NCBI GenBank assembly: GCA_963801165.1
Contig: CAWDDT010000007.1
Coordinates: 160,001 to 224,000 of the forward strand
Direction of reading: 5' to 3'
DNA: 64,000 bases
Origin: an uncultured bacterium
Lineage (GTDB): Bacteria > Actinomycetota > Acidimicrobiia > Spongiisociales > UBA5794
Made by a program: the position numbers and the translations under genes
Notes under the pieces: model-generated
Databases searched by the model: none
The model's input: the letters and a program-made list of their open reading frames with translations, nothing else
What the model was told of the DNA's origin: nothing
Part shown: positions 20,939-30,950 of the stretch, one piece after another
Layout: each line of letters begins with the position of its first letter
How positions within the stretch are numbered: the first letter of the stretch is position 1

Positions 20939-22288
20939 TCAGCGGATCGTCACGACCCGGTATTCCACCTCACCCGCAAAGTACATCGTCCCGCCTGTGC
21001 CGACGTAGAACGCGGCCCGGGGCGAGTCGGGGTTGAGTTTGGCGGTGATGTCGTTGTAGGCGACTTCGGCGGATTCTGCGCCGGGGGCGAGTTCGACGAC
21101 GACGTATGTGTCGTCGGCTGCCGGGGCCAGCTCGAGCCGTTCGCCGGTTGTCTGGGTGCCTTGCTCGATTGGGTCGAATTCGTCGGCGAAAGCAGCGACG
21201 AACTCTGCAGCCAGATCGGGGCCGGTGATGATGTCCTGGAGCGAACGCTGCACCGACACGTGAATGATGGTGTCCGCTGCCTGGAGGTCGTCCCACATGT
21301 GGCCGGCCGCCGGGTTGGTTTCGTGGATGAAGGAAGCGTCTCCGAAGTAGGGGGCGAGCATCGGGGTCAGCGCCCAGCCGTACGAGTCGTGCATCACCAG
21401 GGTGTGCCCCGGGATCACCGGGTCGGTGGAGGTGAAGTCCACCGCCACGGCCTTCTCGTATTTGTTGCCTGCCGCCGTGAGCAGCCTTCGCTCCACCCGG
21501 GTGTGGTCGCCGGGCAGCACAGCTTCCTGTTCCACCGTCTCCTCGCCCGACGGCAGGCCGAGGAGATCCGTCAGGTCGCCCTCCTGGTCGACGGTGTCGA
21601 TCTGCTGCACTGCATCGGCGTCCCAACCGCCGGGCACCAGCCGATTCACCAGCGCCTCGGCCATCACGCCGGCACCCTCGTTGGTCCAGTGGGTGTCCAG
21701 CCGGAAGTAGATCGGAAGCTCGTCGGCACGGGCCGCCCGCATCTCGTCCCACACCGTCACCAGGTTGTCGGGACCATCAAGCGCGTTCAAGGCAGCGGCG
21801 TTCTCGTTGACGCAGGTGTCGAGCCCGTCGGGAAGGAAGTCGGGGACGATGGACGCCTTGTCCGGGGCGATCGCCACGATTAGGTGCCGGCCGGTGGCCT
21901 CGACCACGCGGCTGGCCCGGTCGAGCACGTCGACGAAGGCGGTGACATCGGCGGGGGTGAGACAGGGCCGAGTCAGCGAGTACGTGTAGTAGAGCCACCC
22001 GTTGGTGCCGATGGTGACCTCGGGGTTGGGGTTGTCGCCGATGGCCACATCGGTCCACGCCTCGGCAGCCACCGCGGTCGGGGCGATGATCAGCGAGTCC
22101 TCGAGGTAGCGATCGAGCTGTGGCGTCAGCTGGCGGTCGAGAATGCCCTGCATGGTGAGGTCGGGCAGCGGGGTCGGCGGCCGGTTCTGGTTTGGCTGGG
22201 GGCGTAGCCCGACGGCGAAGGCGACGAGCGGCACCGAGATCAGTAAGACGAAGACCACCGCCAGCAGACGGGATTCGAGACGGCTCAT
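20939..22288 (-). CDS. AlgJ/AlgX (PatB-like) SGNH polysaccharide O-acetyltransferase
   Basis: N-terminal TM helix, GTNGWLYY, APDKASI, YFRLDTHWTNEGA (DxHW) and HDSY motifs; lies downstream of the MBOAT gene. Confidence 0.85.
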   Translation of the reverse strand: MSRLESRLLAVVFVLLISVPLVAFAVGLRPQPNQNRPPTPLPDLTMQGILDRQLTPQLDRYLEDSLIIAPTAVAAEAWTDVAIGDNPNPEVTIGTNGWLYYTYSLTRPCLTPADVTAFVDVLDRASRVVEATGRHLIVAIAPDKASIVPDFLPDGLDTCVNENAAALNALDGPDNLVTVWDEMRAARADELPIYFRLDTHWTNEGAGVMAEALVNRLVPGGWDADAVQQIDTVDQEGDLTDLLGLPSGEETVEQEAVLPGDHTRVERRLLTAAGNKYEKAVAVDFTSTDPVIPGHTLVMHDSYGWALTPMLAPYFGDASFIHETNPAAGHMWDDLQAADTIIHVSVQRSLQDIITGPDLAAEFVAAFADEFDPIEQGTQTTGERLELAPAADDTYVVVELAPGAESAEVAYNDITAKLNPDSPRAAFYVGTGGTMYFAGEVEYRVVTIR

Positions 22289-22302
22289 GAGGCGGTCCTC
22301 CG

Positions 22303-23210
22303 TATTGCGGAAGCCCTCCCCGGCGAGCCCACCACAGCTTCGCTGAGGTGCGCCCCGCTGAACCCCCCAAAGGGAGGGTGAATTTCCTCTCCCTTTGGGA
22401 GAGGTGCCGAGCGAAGCGAAGGCGGTGAGGGCCTTGTTGTGTCGGCCACTGTGGTCGCCGTTCGTCCTTCCCCCCTCGGACGGCCCTGGGGGCCGTCCGA
22501 TCCCCCCGAAATGGGGGGATTGCTGTTTGGTTCGAGCGCTGCGGCGGCTGCTTGTTCTTCCCCCCTCGGAGGGCCTTGGGGGTCGCCGACGTCGCCCGGT
22601 GGGAGGGTGATTTTCCTCTCCCTTTGGGAGAGGTGCCGAGCGAAGCGAAGGCGGTGAGGGCCTTGTTGTGTTGGCAGCTGTGGTCGCCGTTCGTCCTTCC
22701 CCCCTCGGCCGGCCCTGGGGGCCGTCCGATCCCCCCGAGTTGGGGGGATTGCTGTTTGGCTCGAGCGCTGCGGCGGCTGCTTGTCCTTCCCCCCTCGGAC
22801 GGGCCTTGGGGGTCGCCGACGCGCCCGGTGGGAGGGTGATTTTCCTCTCCCTTTGGGAGAGGTGCCGAGCGAAGCGAAGGCGGTGAGGGCCTTGTTGTGT
22901 TGGCAGCTGTGGTCGCCGTTCGTCCTTCCCCCCTCGGCCGGCCCTGGGGGCCGTCCGATCCCCCCGAGTTGGGGGGATTGCTGTTTGGCTCGAGCGCTGC
23001 GGCGGCTGCTTGTCCTTCCCCCCTCGGTGGGCCTTGGGGGTCGCCGACGCGCCCGGTGGGAGGGTGATTTTCCTCTCCCTTTGGGAGAGGTGCCGAGCGA
23101 AGCGAAGGCGGTGAGGGCCTTGTTGTGTTGGCAGCTGTGGTCGCCGTTCGTCCTTCCCCCCTCGGACGGCCCTGGGGGCCGTCCGATCCCCCCGAGTTGG
23201 GGGAATTGCT
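22303..23210. repeat. Tandem array of a 228-229 bp composite REP-like unit (about 3.7 copies)
   Basis: Unit starts GGGAGGGTGA at 22372, 22601, 22830 and 23058. Each unit has TTCCTCTCCCTTTGGGAGAGGTGCCGAGCGAAGCGAAGGCGGTGAGGGCC plus the CCCCTCGG...CCGATCCCCCCG...GGGGGGAT element also seen at 853-1330. Confidence 0.97.
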
Positions 23211-23236
23211 GCGTGCTTGGATCGTTGTTTTCATCA

Positions 23237-24655
23237 TCAGAACTGGTAGTAGAGGAAGGGGCTGAAGGAGCCGCTGGCTACGACGATCATCACTATCGGG
23301 AGAGCAATCGCCACCTCGGCCACCCGCAGTGCGACGCCCCGGTTGCCGCGCCAGCCGGTGACCAGGAGACCGCCGACGATGTTGCCGGGGATGAGCACGG
23401 ACGCGGCGCCGACGGCGAGGGCGAGCACCGCCCGGGTGTCGACGGCGGTTGTGATCGCCTCGGGGGTGATGCCGCCGGCGCTGAACATCGCTGCCAGGTA
23501 GCCGAAGGCGTGGCCGGCGCTGGGGCTGCGGAACATCACCCAGCCGACCATCACCGCCAGCAGGGTGATCGCCCGCCGCAGCGGCGCCCAGGTGGCCCCG
23601 TCGCCGACCGGCCGCTGCCCGGTGAGACGCTCGGCCACCAGCCAGGCGCCGTGGTAGATGCCCCACAGCAGGAACGTCCAGTTGGCGCCGTGCCAGATGC
23701 CGACGAGCACGAAAACGATCCACAGGTTCATGAGAGTCCGGCCCGAGCTGCGCCGCGAGCCGCCGAGCGGGATGTAGAGGTAATCCCGGAACCAGTTGGA
23801 GAGCGTGATGTGCCAGCGGCGCCAGAAATCCGTGATGGACACCGCCGAGTAGGGCCGGCGGAAGTTCTCGGGGAAGGTGAAGCCGAACATCGAGCCGAGC
23901 CCGATGGCCATGTCCGAGTATCCGGAGAAGTCGAAGTAGATCTGGATGGTGTAGGCGGCGACACCCAGCCAGGCGGCGGCCGGGCCCAGGCCCGCCGGGT
24001 CGGCCCTGAAGGCGGCATCGGCGATGGGTGCCACCGCATCGGCAATCAGCACCTTCTTGGCGAGCCCGTGCGAGAAGCGGGCGGCACCGAGGGCGAAGTT
24101 CTCGACGCTGACCACCCGGTTGCGGAGCTGGTCGGACACCTCGTGGAAACGCACGATCGGGCCCGCCACCAGCTGCGGAAAGAGCGTCACATACAGAGCG
24201 AAGTCGAGCGGGTTCCGCAGATGCTCGACCCGGCCCCGGGACACATCGATCGTGTACGACATCGACTGGAAGGTGAAGAACGAGATCCCGATCGGCAGCA
24301 CCACGGAGTTCCAAGCGATGTTGCCTAGCCCTAGCGAGTTGAGTTGCTCGACGAAGAAGTTGGCGTACTTGAAGTAGCTGAGTAGCCCGAGGTTGACGAC
24401 CACCGAGCCGATCACCCCGAGCCGCACCAGCGAGCGTCGGCCCTGGTTGAGTCCGGACGACACCACCCACCCCATCACGTAGTCGACCGCAGTCGAGATG
24501 ATCAGCAGGGATACCAGCGCCCCGCCGCCCCATGTGTAGAAGACAAGCGACGACAGCAACAGCCACCCGTTCCGGAATCGCTTGCCCAGCAGGTAGTAGC
24601 CGCCGAGACAGATCGGTAGGAAGAAAAACAGGAATGTGACTGAGGAGAAGACCAT
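23237..24655 (-). CDS. MBOAT-family O-acyltransferase (AlgI/PatA-like)
   Basis: MVFSSVTFLFFFLP, LPIGISFFTFQSMSY, FPQLVAGPIVR, QIYFDFSGYSDMAIG, FWRRWHITLS and GIWHGA motifs. Confidence 0.95.
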   Translation of the reverse strand: MVFSSVTFLFFFLPICLGGYYLLGKRFRNGWLLLSSLVFYTWGGGALVSLLIISTAVDYVMGWVVSSGLNQGRRSLVRLGVIGSVVVNLGLLSYFKYANFFVEQLNSLGLGNIAWNSVVLPIGISFFTFQSMSYTIDVSRGRVEHLRNPLDFALYVTLFPQLVAGPIVRFHEVSDQLRNRVVSVENFALGAARFSHGLAKKVLIADAVAPIADAAFRADPAGLGPAAAWLGVAAYTIQIYFDFSGYSDMAIGLGSMFGFTFPENFRRPYSAVSITDFWRRWHITLSNWFRDYLYIPLGGSRRSSGRTLMNLWIVFVLVGIWHGANWTFLLWGIYHGAWLVAERLTGQRPVGDGATWAPLRRAITLLAVMVGWVMFRSPSAGHAFGYLAAMFSAGGITPEAITTAVDTRAVLALAVGAASVLIPGNIVGGLLVTGWRGNRGVALRVAEVAIALPIVMIVVASGSFSPFLYYQF

Positions 24656-24751
24656 CGCTGACCTGGCAGACTACGCAATGACTCGCGGTTTTCTGAGGAA
24701 TACCTTCGGCGGACCAGGGAAGCACCCCGACGGCTATCTACAATCGACGTT

Positions 24752-25306
24752 ATGCCGTTGACCGCAAAAGCACTGGAGATTCCGGACGTAGTGTTGCTCG
24801 AGCCGGAGATTCACGAGGACCGACGTGGCTACGTCTTCGAAGCGTGGAACGAGGGCGGTTTCCGGGACCTCATCGGCGACCACGATCCGTTCGTTCAAGA
24901 CAACGAATCCCGCTCAATGGCCGGGGTGATCCGGGGTCTGCATTACCAACTGCCCAACCCGCAAGGAAAGCTGGTGCGGGTCGTAACCGGCGGGGCGTTT
25001 GTGGTCGCCGTCGACATTCGCAGCAGCTCGGAGACGTTCGGGAACTGGGTCTCCGAGGTCCTCACCGCCGCCAACCACCGTCTGCTTTGGATCCCGCCCG
25101 GGTTCGCCCACGGATTCATGGCCATCGCCGACCCCACCGACATGATCTACAAGGTCACCGCGTTCTACGCACCCGGCTCCGACCGGGTGATCCGGTGGGA
25201 CGACCCGGACATCGGCATCGAATGGCCGGCCACAGCCTCGGCGCCGATCATGTCGGACAAAGACCGCGACGCGATGGGGTTCCGTGATGCCGAGGTCTTC
25301 GACTGA
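24752..25306 (+). CDS. rfbC: dTDP-4-dehydrorhamnose 3,5-epimerase
   Basis: DRRGYVFE, FVQDNES, RGLHYQ, QGKLVRV and WIPPGFAHGF motifs. Confidence 0.96.
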   Translation: MPLTAKALEIPDVVLLEPEIHEDRRGYVFEAWNEGGFRDLIGDHDPFVQDNESRSMAGVIRGLHYQLPNPQGKLVRVVTGGAFVVAVDIRSSSETFGNWVSEVLTAANHRLLWIPPGFAHGFMAIADPTDMIYKVTAFYAPGSDRVIRWDDPDIGIEWPATASAPIMSDKDRDAMGFRDAEVFD

Positions 25307-26262
25307 TGCCGCGATACCTGGTGACCGGCGGGGCGGGGTTCATCGGGTCGACGTTCATACGACACCTGCTCGGTACCGACCGGGACGCGACGGTGATCAA
25401 CCTCGATCTGCTCACCTATGCCGGGTTGCAGGCAAACGTTGCAGACCTGGACCAGGACGACCGGCACGAGTTCGTCCACGGTGATATTGCCGACGCCGCG
25501 CTTGTCGACGCATTGATGGACGGTATCGACATTGTCGTCAACTTCGCTGCCGAGAGCCACGTCGACCGCTCGATCGCCGGCCCTGCCGTGTTCCTGCGTA
25601 GCAACATCCTGGGTACAGGCGTCCTTTTGGACGCGGCTCGCCGCCGTCACGTTCCGACGTTCGTCCAGGTCTCCTCCGACGAGGTTTATGGCCCGGTCCC
25701 CACCGGGGCAGCCGACGAGGAGGCGCCGTTGCGGCCGTCGTCCCCGTATGCGGCATCGAAGGCTGCTGCAGACATGGTGGTCGCCTCCTACCGGCACACG
25801 TACGGGTACGAGGCGATCGTTACCCGCAGCACCAACAACTACGGGCCTTATCAGCACCCCGAGAAGCTGATACCGCTTGCGATCACACGGCTGCTCGAGG
25901 GGGGAGTGGTTCCCGTATACGGCGATGGGAAGCACGAACGCGAGTGGCTGTGGGTCGACGACCACGTCGCCGCCATCCGGCTGCTGATAGACGAGGGCAC
26001 GCCGGGTGAGACCTACAACATCGGATCCGGCGAGCAGTGCGAGAACCTCGATGTCGTCGAGCGGCTCATCGGACTGGTGGGCAGCGGGTCGATGGAGCAT
26101 GTCACCGACCGCCCCGGTCACGATCGACGCTACGGGCTCGACTCGGCGAAGCTGCATGCGCTCGGATGGAAGCCCACCGTCGACCTCGACGAGGGTCTGG
26201 CCCGTACCGTCGCCTGGTACCGCGAACATCGGGATTGGTGGGAACCGCTTGTGACTCGATGA
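25306..26262 (+). CDS. rfbB: dTDP-glucose 4,6-dehydratase
   Basis: VTGGAGFIGS, DLLTYAG, FAAESHVDRSI, SSDEVYG, SPYAASK and DRPGHDRRY motifs. Confidence 0.96.
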   Translation: MPRYLVTGGAGFIGSTFIRHLLGTDRDATVINLDLLTYAGLQANVADLDQDDRHEFVHGDIADAALVDALMDGIDIVVNFAAESHVDRSIAGPAVFLRSNILGTGVLLDAARRRHVPTFVQVSSDEVYGPVPTGAADEEAPLRPSSPYAASKAAADMVVASYRHTYGYEAIVTRSTNNYGPYQHPEKLIPLAITRLLEGGVVPVYGDGKHEREWLWVDDHVAAIRLLIDEGTPGETYNIGSGEQCENLDVVERLIGLVGSGSMEHVTDRPGHDRRYGLDSAKLHALGWKPTVDLDEGLARTVAWYREHRDWWEPLVTR

Positions 26263-27113
26263 CCCTGATATTGGGTGGCTCGGGCCAGGTGGGGACTGCC
26301 TTTCGGAGGCTGCTCCCCGACGCATACGCCCCCAGCCACGCTGATTTCGACCTGGCGGATGTCGCCGGGATAGCGGCCAGGGTCAGGGCCCTCCGGCCGG
26401 ATCGGATAATCAACTGCGCCGCCTACACCGCCGTCGACGCTGCGGAAGACGACGAGGCGACGGCGAACCTCATCAACGGGGACGCCGTTGCGGAGTTGGC
26501 GGCCGTTGCGAACGCGCTCGGCATCCCGTTCGTCACGTTCTCCACCGACTACGTCTTCGACGGGGATACCGACGAGCCGTACACCGAGACCAGCCAGCCC
26601 AATCCGATCAACGCCTACGGGCGTTCCAAGCTCATGGGGGAGAGGGCGGCGTTGCGTTTCCCCGGCAGTCTCCTCGTGCGGACCTCCTGGCTCTTCTCGG
26701 CGACCCACCCCAACTTCGTGGCGACCATCCTGGCGAAGGCGGCCGAAGGCGAGATCCGCGTGGTCGACGACCAATGGGGGAGACCGACCCCGGTCCCGGC
26801 GCTGGCTACGACGACCCTGCGAGCGCTGGAGGACGGCGCCACCGGGCTGCTCCACCTCGCCGGCCCGCCCACCACGACCTGGTTCGAACTCGCCCGGGCC
26901 GCATGCGAAGCGGCCGGCATCGACCCCCGCCGCGTCACCCCGTGCAGCAGCGACGAGTACCGCCGCCCGGCTCGCCGCCCCCGCCATGCGGTCCTCGGGG
27001 CTACAAGCTGCTACGAGATGCCCGACTGGCGTGCGGAGTTGGCGGGCATCGTCGCCGAGCTGCGGAACGACGTGTCAGCAGCCACCAACCACACCGCAGT
27101 GCGAGATATATAA
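26259..27113 (+). CDS. rfbD: dTDP-4-dehydrorhamnose reductase
   Basis: GGSGQVG, INCAAYTAVDAAE, STDYVFDG, YGRSKLMGE, VVDDQWGRPT and PARRP motifs; ATG overlaps the rfbB stop. Confidence 0.95.
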   Translation: MTLILGGSGQVGTAFRRLLPDAYAPSHADFDLADVAGIAARVRALRPDRIINCAAYTAVDAAEDDEATANLINGDAVAELAAVANALGIPFVTFSTDYVFDGDTDEPYTETSQPNPINAYGRSKLMGERAALRFPGSLLVRTSWLFSATHPNFVATILAKAAEGEIRVVDDQWGRPTPVPALATTTLRALEDGATGLLHLAGPPTTTWFELARAACEAAGIDPRRVTPCSSDEYRRPARRPRHAVLGATSCYEMPDWRAELAGIVAELRNDVSAATNHTAVRDI

Positions 27114-27156
27114 CCGCCGTCGACGCATCTCCACCGGCGTCAATCGTCGGTCACAT

Positions 27157-27539
27157 GCCCTCACCTGCCTTCGCTTCGCTCGGCATCCTCTCCCAAAGGG
27201 AGAGGGAATTCATCCTCCGTCTGGGAGGATCGACCGGCCTGTGGGGAGAGGGAATTCGTCCTCCGTCTGGGAGGGTCGACCGGCCTGTGGGGAGAGGGAA
27301 TTCGTCCTCCGTCTGGGAGGGTCGACCGGCCTGTGGGGAGAGGGAATTCGTCCTCGGTCTGGGTGGATCGACCGGCCTGTGGGGAGAAGGAGTTCGTCCT
27401 CGGTCTGGGTGGATCGACTGGCCGGTGGGGAGCAGGAATTCATCCTCCCTCTGGGAGGATCGACCGGCCCGAAGGGCCAGGTCGAGGAGGGCCTTGCGAA
27501 TAGGTCCAGATTCACAGGAGAGTGCAACCCGGATCGCTC
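27157..27539. repeat. REP-like element followed by six tandem 46-bp units
   Basis: GGA(A/G)TTC recurs at 27205, 27251, 27297, 27343, 27389 and 27435. Unit GGAATTCGTCCTCCGTCTGGGAGGGTCGACCGGCCTGTGGGGAGAG, with no unique spacers. Confidence 0.96.
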
Positions 27540-27765
27540 AGAGAGCTGAAGAAATCGACCTCTTCGCCATCGAAGAGGCCCACATCCCGCGGATTCAGGC
27601 CGACGGGAGGGCGGGGCCAGACCCGAACGTCAGCGCAGCTGGTGCCTGGGCCGGGAAGGGCACAGCCGGCAGCCGACTCGACAGGACCAATTCTGGGCTG
27701 GATTGTGGGGTCGTCCCGGATACAGGCCATCGGCAGCACCTTCCACCGCTATCCTCGCCCCGGCT

Positions 27766-28671
27766 ATGCACTACCAACTGTCGCACTTGAGCGCGCTCGA
27801 AGCCGAGGGCATTCACATAATCAGAGAAGCCGCTGCCGAGGGAGAGCGTCCTGTACTGCTGTTCTCGGGCGGCAAGGACTCAGCCGTGCTCCTCTGGCTG
27901 GCGATGAAGGCATTCCATCCTGCCCGGATCCCATTCCCGGTGATGCACATCGACACCGGCCACAACTTTCCAGAAGTCATCGAATTCCGGGACCGTGCCG
28001 TTTCCGAGATCGGAGCCACGCTGATCGTGGCGTCGGTGCAGGACGCAATCGACGAGGGTCGTGTCCAGGAACAAACCGGTCACCACGCGAGCCGCAACCG
28101 GTTGCAGACCGAGCCGCTGCTGCGGGCGATCTCCGATAACAAGTTCGACGTCGTCTTCGGCGGGGCGCGCCGGGACGAGGAGAAGGCACGCGCCAAGGAG
28201 CGGGTGTTCTCATTCCGTGACGAGTTCGGGCAGTGGGACCCGAAGAACCAGCGCCCCGAGCTGTGGAATCTGTACAACCCCCGCTACCGCCCCGGCGAGC
28301 ACATGCGTGTATTCCCGATCTCCAACTGGACCGAGATGGATATCTGGCAGTACATCGCTCGCGAGGGGATCAAGCTACCTTCGATCTACTTCTCCCACCA
28401 GCGGAAGGTGTTCGAGCGGGACGGGATGTTGATGGCGGTGTCATCGTTCATCGAGCAGTACGACCACGAGGAGGCATTCGAGGCCACGGTGCGGTTCCGC
28501 ACGGTCGGTGACATGTCTTGTACCGGAGCCTTCGAGTCACCGGCAACGACGATAGAGGAGATCATCGCCGAGGTCTCTGCCTCCCGGATTACCGAGCGGG
28601 GGGCCAGCCGAGCCGATGACCGTACCGCCGAGGCGGCCATGGAAGACCGCAAGCGGGAGGGCTACTTCTAA
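27766..28671 (+). CDS. cysD: Sulfate adenylyltransferase subunit 2
   Basis: LEAEGIHIIRE, LFSGGKDS, HIDTGHNF, GGARRDEEKARAKER and MEDRKREGYF motifs. Confidence 0.97.
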   Translation: MHYQLSHLSALEAEGIHIIREAAAEGERPVLLFSGGKDSAVLLWLAMKAFHPARIPFPVMHIDTGHNFPEVIEFRDRAVSEIGATLIVASVQDAIDEGRVQEQTGHHASRNRLQTEPLLRAISDNKFDVVFGGARRDEEKARAKERVFSFRDEFGQWDPKNQRPELWNLYNPRYRPGEHMRVFPISNWTEMDIWQYIAREGIKLPSIYFSHQRKVFERDGMLMAVSSFIEQYDHEEAFEATVRFRTVGDMSCTGAFESPATTIEEIIAEVSASRITERGASRADDRTAEAAMEDRKREGYF

Positions 28672-29933
28672 TGTCGATGGAACTCGTCCGACTCGCCACC
28701 ACCGGATCTGTCGACGACGGCAAGAGCACGCTCATCGGGCGGATGCTCTACGACTCGAAGCAGATCTTTCAGGACCAGCTCGAGGCGATCGAGCAGGTCA
28801 GCCTGCAGCGCGGCACCGACTACGTCGACCTGGCACTGCTCACCGACGGTCTCCGCGCTGAGCGGGAACAGGGCATCACGATCGACGTCGCCTACCGATA
28901 CTTCGCCACCCCGAAGCGCAAGTTTGTGCTCGCCGACACACCGGGGCACATCCAGTACACCCGCAACATGGTTACCGGCGCCTCGACCGCCGACATTGCT
29001 CTGCTGCTGGTCGACGCCCGTGCCGGGATTCTCGAGCAGACCCGCCGCCACGCCTTCATTGCTTCCCTGTTGCGGGTGCCGCACGTGGTGTTGTGCGTCA
29101 ACAAAATGGACCTCGTCGACTACTCAGAGGATCGCTACAACGAGATCGTTACCGAGTTCAGCGATTTCGCCATGAGACTCGACGTCCACGACCTCCGCTT
29201 TGTTCCGGTGTCGGCCCTGGTCGGGGACAACGTCGTCGACGAATCGGACAAGACCCCCTGGTACACGGGCCCGTCGGTCTTGCATCTGCTCGAGGACATC
29301 TACGTGGCCTCCGACCGGAATATGGTCGACGTCAGATTCCCGGTCCAGTACGTCATCCGGCCGCACACGATGGAGCACCAGGACTACCGCGGCTACGCAG
29401 GGCAGGTGATCGGTGGTGTGCTCAAGCCAGGCGACGACGTGATGGTGCTTCCGTCGGGGTTCGAGAGCAAGATCGCCGGGATCGACACGTATGACGGCCC
29501 CGTCGACGAGGCGGTTCCGCCCATGTCGGTGACGATCCGTCTCGAGGACGACATCGACATCTCCCGCGGCGACATGATCTGCCGCCCGCACAACCGCCCC
29601 GAGGTCGGCCAGGACATCGATGCGAGAGTCTGCTGGCTGACCGATCGGGCACAGCTGCGCCCGGGCAACAAGTACGCGATCAAGCACACCACCCGGTGGG
29701 CACGTGCGCTTGTGACCGACCTGCAATACCGGCTCGACATCAACACCCTGCACCGGGACGAGGAAGCCGACCACTTGGACTTGAACGAGATCGGCCGGAT
29801 CAGGATTCGTACCACTCAACCGCTGTTCTATGACGACTACCAGCGCAACCGCGAGACCGGCTCGTTCATTCTGGTGGACGAGAGCACAAACGCCACGGTC
29901 GGCGCAGGGATGATCACCGGCCCGGCGCAATGA
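28671..29933 (+). CDS. cysN: Sulfate adenylyltransferase subunit 1 (GTPase)
   Basis: GSVDDGKSTLIGR, EREQGITIDVAYRYF, DTPGHIQYTRNM, NKMD and TGSFILVD motifs. Confidence 0.97.
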   Translation: MSMELVRLATTGSVDDGKSTLIGRMLYDSKQIFQDQLEAIEQVSLQRGTDYVDLALLTDGLRAEREQGITIDVAYRYFATPKRKFVLADTPGHIQYTRNMVTGASTADIALLLVDARAGILEQTRRHAFIASLLRVPHVVLCVNKMDLVDYSEDRYNEIVTEFSDFAMRLDVHDLRFVPVSALVGDNVVDESDKTPWYTGPSVLHLLEDIYVASDRNMVDVRFPVQYVIRPHTMEHQDYRGYAGQVIGGVLKPGDDVMVLPSGFESKIAGIDTYDGPVDEAVPPMSVTIRLEDDIDISRGDMICRPHNRPEVGQDIDARVCWLTDRAQLRPGNKYAIKHTTRWARALVTDLQYRLDINTLHRDEEADHLDLNEIGRIRIRTTQPLFYDDYQRNRETGSFILVDESTNATVGAGMITGPAQ

Positions 29934-30535
29934 CCGAGCACGTCACCTGGCACCCGGGTGCGGTCACGCGCAAACAGCGGTCGGCCGTTACCGGGGGACC
30001 GGGGATGACGATCTGGCTGACCGGGCTCTCCGGCAGCGGGAAATCCACGGTTGCCGCAAAGGTCGAGGCGCAGCTGATCGCCTCTGGCGTCGCCGCCTAC
30101 ACCCTCGACGGCGACAACGTCCGGCACGGTCTCAACGCCGACCTCGAGTTCAGCGCCGAGGACCGGGCCGAGAACGTGCGACGGGTAGGCGAGGTGGCCC
30201 GGCTGATGGCAGACGCCGGACTCGTGGTCCTGGTCCCGGTTATCAGCCCGTATCGTCGTGATCGGGACGCGGTACACACGGCGCATGAGGACGCCGGTCT
30301 CGCCTTCGCCGAAGTGCACGTGGCGACGTCGCTCGAAGAATGCGAGACCCGAGATCCCAAGGGTCTGTACGCCAGGGCCAGGGCCGGGGAGATCACGGGA
30401 TTCACCGGCATCGACGACCCCTACGAGGAGCCCCTCCACCCCGACGCCCGAATCGGTGAAGGCGAGCCCCTGGAAGAGTCGGTGGCCCAGGTTGTCGCTT
30501 TGATCCAGGCGCTGGCCGACGCAAATTCCGAGTGA
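29930..30535 (+). CDS. cysC: Adenylyl-sulfate kinase
   Basis: WLTGLSGSGKST, LDGDNVRHGL, ENVRRVGEVA, RDPKGLY and FTGIDDPYE motifs. Confidence 0.97.
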   Translation: MTEHVTWHPGAVTRKQRSAVTGGPGMTIWLTGLSGSGKSTVAAKVEAQLIASGVAAYTLDGDNVRHGLNADLEFSAEDRAENVRRVGEVARLMADAGLVVLVPVISPYRRDRDAVHTAHEDAGLAFAEVHVATSLEECETRDPKGLYARARAGEITGFTGIDDPYEEPLHPDARIGEGEPLEESVAQVVALIQALADANSE

Positions 30536-30540
30536 CCCCC

Positions 30541-30652
30541 TTTCCTCTCCCTATGGGAGAGGTGGCGAGCGAAGCGAAGCCGGTGAGGGCCTTACTTTCT
30601 TTCCTCTCCCTGTGGGAGAGGTGGCGAGCGAAGCAAAGCCCGTGAGGGCCTT
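30541..30652. repeat. Two tandem copies (59-bp period) of the REP-like element
   Basis: TTTCCTCTCCCT(A/G)TGGGAGAGGTGGCGAGCGAAGC(G/A)AAGCC(G/C)GTGAGGGCCTT at 30541-30593 and 30600-30652, directly after the cysC stop. Confidence 0.93.
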
Positions 30653-30950
30653 GTGACAGAGGCGCTGGATCGTCGAGGTTGCCGCAGCCCGGCTGGCTCA
30701 CACCGGCGATCGTCCGAGCGCCAATCTGGGCGCTCGAGATGCGACCGCGGGACTGGACCAATGAGTCTCCGGTTCGACTCTGTGCTCCTCTTCGTAGATA
30801 CGCTCGTCCTCTGCGACGAGATGCGTCGTGGGATCGAGCGGCGAGATATTGATCGATTCGGTGGCACACGTGTTTGACTTGCGGCTCGGCTGGGGCAACG
30901 CAGGTTGTGCGGTTCCTGGGGAATGGAGTCGACCGCCTAGCCTCTATCGG

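Noticed and set aside
22372-23210. Possible CRISPR array or repeat-protein gene (ORFs 21777..24725, 22781..24328 and others)
   Set aside because: Linkers are identical between units, and the ORFs are stop-poor readings of GC-rich repeats that overlap the real MBOAT and SGNH genes.
27205-27480. Possible CRISPR array (regular 46-bp period)
   Set aside because: Units are contiguous and near-identical with no unique spacers, and there are no cas genes in the window.
27540-27765. Possible SAM riboswitch upstream of cysD
   Set aside because: I could not find SAM-I or SAM-IV core motifs; an Rfam scan would be needed to exclude it fully.
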